Source of the DNA: Octopus bimaculoides
Lineage: Eukaryota
Reading direction: 5' to 3'
Assembly (NCBI RefSeq): GCF_001194135.2
Contig: NC_069003.1
Location: forward strand, 5,637,585-5,701,584
Length of the DNA: 64,000 bases
Shown here: piece by piece, positions 1 to 9,810 of the stretch
Numbering within the stretch: position 1 is the stretch's first letter
Layout of the letters: each line of letters opens with the position of its first letter
Program-made: the position numbers and the translations under genes
Notes under the pieces: generated by a model
What the model saw: only the letters and a program-made list of their open reading frames with translations
What the model was told of the DNA's origin: nothing
The model's database searches: none

Positions 1-39
<39 letters not shown>

Positions 40-41
40 TA

Positions 42-1572
42 CAGGGTGACCCAGAAGTCACGAAGTGGTTTCAATATTTAATATCTTGTTTGTTTCAAAA
101 TTATGATGTTTTAGTAGGTAAGTGATAGAAAAAGGATGTGATATTTATTTCCCCTAGGTGTGTGAAAGATGACATCTTTTAAATGATGTCCATTTTCCAG
201 TTCACATAAACTTGCTCTTTCTAAGGCATTTTCCATAACAGTCATTAACATTTGTGGCTCCAGTTATCTAATTTATGTTCTAATGTTATTTTTCAAGATC
301 TGCAATTGTTTGAGGCTTGCTGACGTAAACTTTTTCCTTAAGATAGCCCTATAGAAAAAAAGTCTGGGGCAGTTAGATCCGAAGAACGAGATGGCCAATT
401 TATCTCTGAAAATTGAGAAATTAATTATTTTCTCTCAAAAATTTGCCAGAGTGTTTCCATTGTGTTCTTTGCTGTGCGAGCTGTGGCTCCCCTCTGCTGA
501 AACCACACACCACAGATATTCTTGAACTGCTGAACATGAGAAATTTTGAATCATGGAGTGATAGGCATCTCCAGTAATGGTGAGTGTCTCCATCCTCATT
601 TTCATAGAAATAAGGCGGCGAACTGGCCGAAACGTTAGCACGGCGGGCAAAATAGCTGTATTTCGTCTGGTGTTACGTTCTGAGTTCAAATTCCGCCGAG
701 GTCAACTTTGCCTTTCGTCCTTTCGGGGTTGATTGAATAAGTACCAGTTACACACTGGGTCAATGTAATTGACTTAATCCCTTTGTCTGTCCTTGTTTGT
801 CCCCTCTATGTTTAGCCCCTTGGGGGCAATAAAGAAATAAGAAATAATGTCCTATCACTTTTTCTGAAGTCATCTCACACCAGACAGTATACTTAAAGGG
901 ACATAGTTCTCTTTGATGGATTTCCATAGGGTTTTCTGAACCCCAAATCCTGCAGTTTTGTTTATTAACGAATCCATTCAAATGAAAATGGGTTTCATCT
1001 GACATAATCAATTTATGGAGAAATTCTAGATTTTCTCTAGCTAATTCTTGGAATCTTGTGGCATATTGTAATCTAGCAGTATAATCTAGTTCTTTCAGCT
1101 GTTGTACAAATTGGATTTTATGCGGAAAAAGATCCATTGTTTTTAAAATTTGTTTGGGGTGATGTCCTGCAGACTCCAACTTGACCAGAGCATCTTCCCA
1201 TTGATGTTGTCCGGTCTTTTTCAATACTCTCCCTCACACGCCTGACCATGGCTTCGTTACTTATGGAGCAAGGTTTGCCTGTTCTTGGAAGGTCACTTAC
1301 TGATTCTTGATCTACAATACGACCAATTGATCGCCTGACCATTGATTCACTTGGACAATTCATTGCTCCATAATGACAGTCCGAATTATTGACCCCTGGT
1401 TTTGGTTTCGGTAACAAAATATCACATGTGTTCACTGTTCAGTAGTGCACTTTTTTATGCTTAAATTTTATGGTCTTTTCTTTATATAAATCTGAAATAA
1501 AATAAAAATTAAATAATAATTAAAAAAAGTTATTAAATATTGAAATCCATTCATGACTTCTGGGCCACCCTG
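42..1572 (-). mobile_element. Full-length decayed Tc1/mariner transposon, rosa/DD41D-like
   Basis: TIRs cagggtgacccagaagtcacgaa / revcomp cagggtggcccagaagtcatgaa, both flanked by TA. Frameshifted transposase: SDETHFHLNGFVNKQNCRIWGSENP, VWFQQ(R)GATA, NWPSRSSDLTAPDFFL*GYLK. Confidence 0.88.
613..848 (+). mobile_element. tRNA-headed SINE, family A, nested in the mariner
   Basis: ggcggcgaactggccgaaacgttagcac...gagttcaaattccgccgaggtcaactttgcctttcgtcctttcgggg...aataagtaccag, with an (aagaaat)n tail. Related copies near 4706-4805(-), 4880-5055, 14230-14430(-), 16770-16950(-), 36160-36480, 40745-40900, 58530-58740. Confidence 0.8.
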
Positions 1573-1588
1573 TATAATATATATATAT

Positions 1589-1626
<38 letters not shown>

Positions 1627-1649
1627 CATCCTGTCTGTGAAAGAATGAA

Positions 1650-1845
1650 TCTATTTTCTCAATTATCATCATCATCATCATCATTATCATTATTATTATC
1701 ATTATTATTATCATTATTATTATTATTAGGTTATATTGTTTTTTTACTAACACTTCTGTTGTCAGAGAGGACTGATAATCATTCTGTATTCTATGGAATT
1801 CGATCTGTTTCTTTGTATTTATTTCAGCAGCAACAATCCTTCAAG

Positions 1846-1878
<33 letters not shown>

Positions 1879-2190
1879 TCTCTCTTCCTCGCCGGGTAAC
1901 CATGTACCTCTCCTACAGCAAGACACCCATTTCTGTCTGTCTCTCTCTCTCTCTTTCTAACGCTCTCTCACTCCAATCTCTTTCTCTCTCTGTCTTTATC
2001 TATCTATCTATCCATCTATCTATGTATCTGTGTATATCTCTTTCTTTCCTCCATCTCTCTGTAGCCACTTCTCTCTTCTTTCGCTCTTTCTCCCCCCCCT
2101 CTCTCTCTCTCCTCTCGCTCTTTTCCCTCCTCTCTCTTTCTCTCTCTCTTCTCTCGCTCTTTCTCCCCCCTCTCTCTCTCTTGATTACCA
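1650..2190. repeat. Compound microsatellites (ATC/ATT)n, (CT)n, (CTAT)n
   Basis: Directly visible. Source of the spurious Leu/Ser and Arg/Glu ORFs. Confidence 0.95.
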
Positions 2191-2489
2191 AATAAACATA
2201 TAAAATGTTTTTGTTGTTTATTTCATTTTCTATTTTGCGAAACATTTCATTTTCAAAATCAACCGAGCATTGACCAAAGGGCAAAAATACCATATGGTAT
2301 TTTGATTACCTCCCTTAACATTGTGATTACATCCAAAATTTCAAATGCCACCTTTAATAAATAATTAAATAAATAATTAAATACCAATTAATATATATAA
2401 ATGGTGCTGTAGCATGACCATAGCAACTTAAATGAGTCAAAGATGATAAGAAAGCAAAAATCTTACAGATTGCAATGGAAATAAATAAT

Positions 2490-2650
2490 TTCTGAAAGAT
2501 TGCATTTCCCTCTGGAAACAGTTCTGCAACCATAGGATGAATTTGGTCAGATAAAATGCTTAAATAGTCTTGACTATTAATTCTGCCATGAAGGGAAACC
2601 ATTGGGCTGGCGAATTTCCAAGATATAGCCCCCCAGATCATCACAGGGAT
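2490..2650 (-). mobile_element. Tc1-like transposase fragment
   Basis: MIWGAISWKFASPMVSLHGRINSQDYLSILSDQIHPMVAELFPEGNAIFQ, the Tc1 catalytic-domain stretch preceding QDN. Confidence 0.75.
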
Positions 2651-3304
2651 CTTAGTCTACACAGTATTGAGATATGATATTATAGGAAACCTTTGTAGAA
2701 GATTTATAAACAGGGCAAATGAAACTATTTCTCCGTATATTGTATAAATGGTGAACAGCCTTCAGGCAGAATGTTCTTGATTAGAACATATAACTGGTCA
2801 GAATGTTATGGAAGGTTTTCTGCCAACTATTACACTTGGCAGTATTGACAGCTCTTCTGTGTGTGTTTATATATATATATGTATGTATGTATGTAAACAC
2901 GTGTGTATATATATATATATATATNNNNNNNNNNNNNNNNNNNNNNNNNNNNNNNNNNNNNNNNNNNNNNNNNNNNNNNNNNNNNNNNNNNNNNNNNNNN
3001 NNNNNNNNNNNNNNNNNNNNNNNNNNNNNNNNNNNNNNNNNNNNNNNNNNNNNNNNNNNNNNNNNNNNNNNNNNNNNNNNNNNNNNNNNNNNNNNNNNNN
3101 NNNNNNNNNNNNNNNNNNNNNNNNNNNNNNNNNNNNNNNNNNNNNNNNNNNNNNNNNNNNNNNNNNNNNNNNNNNNNNNNNNNNNNNNNNNNNNNNNNNN
3201 NNNNNNNNNNNNNNNNNNNNNTGTATATATATACGTGTGTACGTATATATATATATATATGGTGGTTGTCTACTCCTTAAACAGAGTTTGACCACCTCCT
3301 GCAC

Positions 3305-3514
3305 CTACACCTTAGCCCTTTCATGGCGTCTGATGTGGCTTTTTAAACCAGACAGTGTTTTGAAAAAACACCCACACAGATTGCACCTCTGATTTGCACT
3401 ACCAATACCTGCAAGTAAGTTCTGCTCATTGTGGATCCTAACATGTCTTTTAAGACCCCCATTGGATTTGCAAACCCTCTGGCACACACCACATTCAAAC
3501 GTGTGCACAGACAT
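3305..3514 (-). mobile_element. Twin C2H2 zinc-finger ORF, probably the 3' end of a 5'-truncated RTE-type LINE
   Basis: CGVCQRVCKSNGGLKRHVRIH and CNLCGCFFKTLSGLKSHIRRH, no TGEKP linker. A short UTR and an (AT)n tail follow, like the RTE end at 30770-30890. Confidence 0.55.
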
Positions 3515-3643
3515 ATAATCAGAATAGCTGGATGAGGTTTGTTTTCCATGTATATATGTGTGCGTGTATTTATATATATATATTTATATATATAGATTTA
3601 TATATATATACATATATATATATATGCCTGTATATGTATATGT

Positions 3644-3686
<43 letters not shown>

Positions 3687-4244
3687 TAAACATACACCCA
3701 CATTGTTGCATGCACAACACATTGTAATTTCCCTGATTTCATATCATGCAACAACACGAAGAACACAGATGATCAATAAATGCTCATCTCGCTCTCTAAC
3801 GAGTCCGTTCTTTCCCAATTAAGGAGACCAAACCACGGAGATGCTAAACCAATTCCGTCTTTGATTTCTAACGATGCTGCAATATACTTTTTGCCGCACT
3901 TCAGCATGTTCCACCTGCATTCCTACCAAATGTTGATTGAAGAACTGTCTGTAAGAATTATTTCGGAAGTTTATATTTAGTTGCAGGTGTGGCTGTTTGG
4001 TTGGGAATTTTGGTTCCAAACCACGTGGTTTTGAGTTCAGTCCCACTGCACGGTATCTCTGCTAAATTTCTTTAACTGAAACCTCGGGCAAATCAAAGCC
4101 TTGACTAATTATAATAAAAGAAGTGAAATAGAAAAAAAAAAANNNNNNNNNNCATTATAAATAATATTCTTTCATTGCCATAGTAACGGTTTCAAATTTT
4201 GGCACAGGGCCAGCAATTTTTGGGAGGGGAACTTTTTTCAACGG

Positions 4245-4683
4245 AACTTACGAACAAGCCATGTTCACTGCATTACCACAGGCAATGGCGAGGCTATGGT
4301 GTTGGAACTGCCAAGCACCTTCACGGGTATCACCTGAAACCTTAGTAAGGCAACCTACCAATGAAGACAAGAACTTCGCCGTTAGCGACCCAGCCTCTTC
4401 AAACATCTCAAACGCCGCAGGCTGGAAGAAATAGTTCACTGACAGGCTCAATACTTAAGGATTTTGTTCCTTTCAGCTACGGAAGCAGTGACCCTCCCAT
4501 TTACCGCAGCGTCCAGGATGTGTGAGGGAGTAAAGGAGTCACAAACTATGGTGTCTCACATGAGGCACCTACCTGTTAGCCAAGGAGAAACAGTAAGACC
4601 TTCTAGTCTCTTCCTGTCACTTTTGGATAATCCCGCCGGCTCCAGAACTGAGGAGATATTAACCCACGCCAGGACCCGCTTAA
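4245..4683 (-). mobile_element. CRE-clade non-LTR retrotransposon fragment (restriction-like endonuclease domain)
   Basis: My translation: IKRVLAWVNISSVLEPAGLSKSDRKRLEGLTVSPWLTGRCLM*DTIVCD, then NYFFQPAAFEMFEEAG...SGDTREGAWQFQHHSLAIACGNA. Matches the CRE pattern EP.GL...DGKRPDG...WD...D...F.P.A.E...QRGNA. Confidence 0.75.
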
Positions 4684-5919
4684 TGAATGAAAATAAGAAT
4701 GAAAATAAAGTCGACCTCGGTGGAATTTGAACTCAGAACGTGGAGATCGACGAATTGCCGCCTGAGCATTTCACCCGGCGTGCAAACGGTTTTGCCAGCT
4801 CGCAGCAGCTACATGTGGCTCTAATATTCTCTGAACATTTCCAGAACCATATTTGTTATGTAATATTTACGCACTCCAGGGTGGTGGACTGACAAAATGC
4901 TTAGTGGCATTTCTTAAGAGTTTTACGTTCGTAGTTCAAATTTCGCCAAGGTCGACTTTGCCTTCCATTTTTCGGAGTCGATAAGATAAGTACAATTTGA
5001 GCCCTGGAGTTGATGTAATCAACTTACTCCCACCCTCAAAATTGCCGGCCAATATTAAAAGCGTTCCGTATCAATAATTCTCATTTTAAATAGTTTGGTA
5101 CATCCAATTCTTCCATCCATGAACTTCTTGATAGGTAACACAGAGTTATTTCCCTTGATATGACAGCTAAACATTTCTGTGAGGTGACGATAGAGGAAGT
5201 GGCCTCCGGTCGTTTTAATTTTGATGTCAATAGCACAATTTGAGGGCGATTTGGCCACTGTTTCTAGCAGACTGAACAATATTTATTAGTGAAAAGTTTA
5301 AATTCAATGACAAAGATCGAAAAATATATTAAAATATCAGAAAAAGAATGTAAAATGGGGAAACATGACACGTTGGTCGTAAATCTACTAGACTAGGATT
5401 GCAGTTACCTCCCTTAGACCAGTAAACTCGAGTGCGCGATTATTCGTAGACGTGCTTTACATAGATTATTGTTATCCAGACAGCTTCCAGTACAGTGGTT
5501 AATCTGCCTCTGTATTTAGCAGTGTCACTAGTTTTATTTTAATCGTTGTCTAAAATACGGAGAGTCTGAATTTTTTGCTTAAATCCCAGCAATAAACTAT
5601 TAGATGTTTAAAGGGAGAAAGATACGGAAAAACACCAGTACGTCAGAGTGACAAAGAAACGAGGAGGGTATCAGGTGGTCGTGAGAGATACTAAAAAAAT
5701 AATAGCTAAATAGCCCTTAAATCACTCGTCAAAAAATCAATTTTGCAGGGGGGGGTTTTGGTGGAGAGTGCATAATCATATGATTTCCTTTGTGTAGAAC
5801 CCAATCTCGCCAGAAGTTTCTGAAAATTCCTTTAAAAAAAAAAAAAAATAGTTAGGAGCGGTTATATGAGGTGCTTAAAGCAGAATTCCACCCATTTGTT
5901 CGTAAGATAAGGAATAAGA

Positions 5920-6195
5920 TACTGGCACTCCGTCGGTTGCGACGATGAGGTTTCCAGTGGTTCAGATCAACAGAACGGCCTGTCAGCGAAATTAAAATGC
6001 AAGTGGCTGAGTACCTCACAGACACACGTACCCTCAATGCAGTTCTCGGGAAGATTCAGAGAGACGCTAAACGTGACAAGGCTGGTCCTTTGAATTACAG
6101 ATACTACTCATTTTCGCAACAATGCGCTTCTAGGTGTCGAATTCATGACCCAACGATCATGACCCGAATATCTTAACCAATATGCCACACACCTT
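5920..6195 (-). mobile_element. tRNA-headed SINE, family C
   Basis: Shares ctcatttt(t)gcc and ccagttgatc..atcaac.gaac blocks with copies at 9821-10135(+), 31495-31740(-) and 39415-39610(-). Confidence 0.65.
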
Positions 6196-7269
6196 TACGT
6201 TAGAGATCCTAATTTAAACTTGTGATACTTTCTGTTGATTGGCTCCAGCCAGGCGTGACTCAGCACACCAATGAATGAAGACGTTTCTACCATACCGCCC
6301 CCGCCTCTCCATATATACAACGCTACGTTGAATAATATTTACTTCCCTACGTTTAAGACAGTAGGTTTTGATTTGAGAGATATATAGCTGTTATTTCTAG
6401 CAGTTTAAACTACTATGATCAAAAGCATTCCAATCGTGAGCAGCTCTATTTCAAGAAGTTTAGAATGTAATTTCGGGAAGATTTGGCTGTTATTTCTAGC
6501 AGGATGAGACACTTATGCTGACATACCGGATAGTAGCTTGTTTGTTTGTTTTTTTTTCAAGTATAGTATACCTAAGTTTACACATTATAACGTGTCCCTT
6601 TTTTAAACAAAAGCAGGATATGGTTTTGAGGGAGATTTGGCGACTATGTATAGTTGCTTAAGAGACCCTTTATTTCACTTGTCTGTAGAAATTAGTTACG
6701 ACATCACTGGTGCCAAGCTGTATCCGGCCCCTTTGCCTTTCCCTTGGATAACATCGGTGACGTGGAGACGGAAGGCTCGTATGCATGGGCGACTGCTGGT
6801 CTTCCATGAACAACCTTGCCCGGACTTGAGCCTTGAAGGGAAATTTCTAGATTCAACCCCATTGCTCGCTAATTTTGACCCAAAGCCAGCAATACTGAAA
6901 GAAGGGGACAAATCGATTACATCGACTCCAGTAGTTGACTGTTATATATTTTTTTCTATTGAATCCGACCTCGGCAGAATTTGAGCAAAATACGTCCCAA
7001 TAGGTTCCCACACATACATAGAGGTGCAGGCGCGGTTGTGCGATAAAATGTTTGTTCTCCAACCACATAGTTCCGGGTTCAGTCCCGGATGTGTGAGTGT
7101 GTGTGTGTTCCACCACTTCTTGACGAATGGTATTGCTGTGTTTATGTCACCGTAACTTAATAGTTCGGCACACAAAAAAGGATAAAATAAGTGTCCCGGG
7201 TTTGTAAAAACCAAAAACAAGTACTGGGCAGTACTAGAATTAGATATAACAACACGAGTGTGCCCTCCT

Positions 7270-8490
7270 CTTGATTCTGGTTCCTCGTAACTTCCAGAGA
7301 AATGAGTATCCTTCAATGGAATTTTCTACAAATGCGCTTCAGATGGTGTAGATGCCAATTACATCGGAATTTATTTTGAAAAAATGTTTCCAAGAAAAAT
7401 GGAGAGGAATTTCGGAAAATTCACACAAGTCGGTTTTTTCCCCTCATAACTTTCAGAAAAACGGATATCTTTTAATGAAATTACGATGTAATTGGTATTT
7501 ACATTATCCGAAGCGAACTTGCTGAAAATTTTATTGAAGAATATTCATTTTTCTGGAAGTTATAAAGAAACAAAATTGGGGTGAAGTGGGGGCACATTTG
7601 TGTTGGTATGCCTAAAATTCTTGAAAGTAGTGCCCCAGCACGGCCGTTGTCTATTTACTGAAAGAAAATAAAAGGTAATACACACACACACACACACATA
7701 CGCGCGCGCGCGATATAAGTTGTGCTGATGTCAAACGACAGAGCGAACGAGAGTTAGAGAATAAAAATTGTTATTGTGATAGTTTATAACAATATTTTTT
7801 TTTTCCTTTTGCTTTCTTATCCAGTGTTAACTTATTTATTTCAATAAATTTAGAAACGTTTTATCAAAAATTAAAATAAAATTAAATACAACAGAAAAAA
7901 AAGGAACACTGTTTAAAGGATATATCACGTCATTAAATTCAAACAAGCAGACGACATTCAAGCTTTGCTGTTTCAACTCGTTGCCCGGTCGTCGTTTTTA
8001 GAAGAAATAACTCCAAACTAAAGTAAGAAAAGAGTTTAATATCTTATTTTTGTATATTACAATTTAGCATAATTACAGACTTTCTTTCTTTATAACTTTC
8101 TAGAGATATAATTGACATCCCAACATGAAGTGTGTCCTCGCCACGCATTTTGTTTCCTCGTAAATTTAAGAAATATATTTGCTTTGAAGAAATTTTCTAC
8201 AAATACCTTTCAGACAGTGTAGATTACGATTATATAAGAATTAAATATATATATATATATATATATATATACACCTCAGCTTTGTTTCCTCATGTTTTGA
8301 TGCAGTGTGCAAATTATCTGCTCACATCATTTTTTTTTTTTCGTTTTTCCCGTCAAATACCCATATATTTGTAATCTACATCAGCTAAAATATATTTGTT
8401 GAAAGTTTCATAAAAAACACCCATTTTTCAGGAAGTTATGATGAAACAAAGTTGGTGGGTGAGTGGGGGGCACACATCTGTGGTTATGCC
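7270..8490 (+). repeat. Two direct copies (about 7270-7620 and 8150-8490) of an unclassified ~350 bp interspersed element
   Basis: Shared blocks ttcctcgtaa..., aattttctacaaat...tcaga...tgtagat, ttttc.ggaagttat...gaaacaaa.ttgg..g..gtgggggcaca. Confidence 0.65.
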
Positions 8491-8539
8491 TTTAATTCCA
8501 TACATATATAAGTATGTGTGCGTGTGTATGTGTGCACGC

Positions 8540-9255
8540 ATGTATGCCAGAACCCAGTAAAAAGGATCTGTGCCAGTGTCACATAAGGACCTGTACCGGT
8601 GCCATGTAAAAAGCACCCGTACCGGTACCATGTACAATGGCATCTATGTTGGTGCCACATGAAAAGCATATAAAGCAACAGGGCTGGTGTCACGTATAAA
8701 ACCTCCAGTACACTCTGTAAAGTGGTTGGCGTTAGGAAGGGCATCCATCCACACAGCTCCTGTCAAATTGTTCAACCCATGCCAGCACGGAAAACAAATG
8801 TTTAATGATGATGATGATGATATTTTCATATATATATACACGTTCTGAGTTCAAATTCTGCTGAGATCGACTTTGGCAATGTGCTGTGCTTGAGATGACC
8901 CATCAAGCCAAGTGAAATCATAATTGTGGTAACTGGCACCCATACTGGTGGCAATGGCTGAGACCTTTGGCATTATGTTGTGCTTGAGAAGACACATCAA
9001 GCCAAACAAAATTGCAGTCATGGCAGATACCAGTGTCATGCAAATTGGCACCTGTACCGGTGGCATGTAAAAGCACTCCAGTGTCATGCAAATGGCACCC
9101 ATGCTGGTGGCACGTAAAAGCACCCATTACACTCTCAGAGTGGTTGGCATTAGGAAGGGCATCCAGACATAGAAAACCATTCCAAATTAGACTGGAATCA
9201 GGTGCAGCCTTCCAGCATGGCAGCATGGACAACAGATGTTAAATGATGATGATAA
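8540..9255 (+). mobile_element. Two copies of a non-autonomous RTE-tailed element with internal 26-27 bp tandem units
   Basis: ggtgcca.gtaaaagcacc units, gtggttggc.ttaggaagggcatcc core, aacccatgccagcatgg...ttaaatgatgatgat tail. More copies near 13640-13780, 32780-32920, 47870-48060(-), 50060-50330, 60628-61105(-). Confidence 0.7.
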
Positions 9256-9654
9256 TAAATTCTTCATAATTTTCAAAATTAACCCTAAAACAAAGGCTGC
9301 ATATTTCAACAAGTGATCAAAATTAAAAACGTTTCATCAAAATTTCATTATAATTTGTGTTCTGAACTCCAGCTTAATAATAACAATGTAGTTTTACTAA
9401 ATGATTTTTTAAAGATTAATTGAAAGAAAGCAGTGTATTTTGCAGTTTCCAAGTTCTTTATGTTCATAGTTCAAATCCTGCGAAGATCAAATTTGCTTTC
9501 CATTCTTAGGTCTGTAAAATAAAGTAACACAGCAAACTGGCTGAGTTGTTAGAGCAATGGTTAGATAATCTTGTGTTTATCATTCTGGATCTCTGTGTTC
9601 AAATCTTGCTGAGGTTACCTTTGACTTTCAGAGTTGATAACTGTACAACCAGTC

Positions 9655-9810
9655 CTGGCTGTGAGGTAAGAAGCTTGCTTCCTAACCACAAGGTTCCAGG
9701 TTCAGTCCCAGTGTGTGACACCTAGGGCAAGTGTATTCTACTATAGCCTTGGGCCAACCAAAACCTTGTGAGTGAATTTGGTAGATGGAAACTGAAAGAA
9801 GCCTGTTACA
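9655..9810 (+). mobile_element. tRNA-headed CORE-like SINE, family B
   Basis: ggctgtg.ggtaagaagcttgcttcc.aaccaca.ggttcc.ggttcagtccca...cc(t)tgggcaagtgt...gaaactgaaagaagcc. Copies near 10835-11010(-), 11035-11360, 17430-18200, 25560-25755(-), 33665-33790(-), 35000-35140, 46360-46640, 47120-47410, 49455-49810. Confidence 0.8.

Noticed and set aside
2803-3392. Long ORFs spanning N runs and (AT)n/(AC)n arrays (also 19722-20474, 37261-37635, 41083-41369 and others)
   Set aside because: Artefacts of assembly gaps and stop-free microsatellites.
9655-9730. tRNA-like A/B-box sequences as tRNA genes
   Set aside because: They are heads of multicopy SINEs that continue into shared bodies. I saw no complete cloverleaf.
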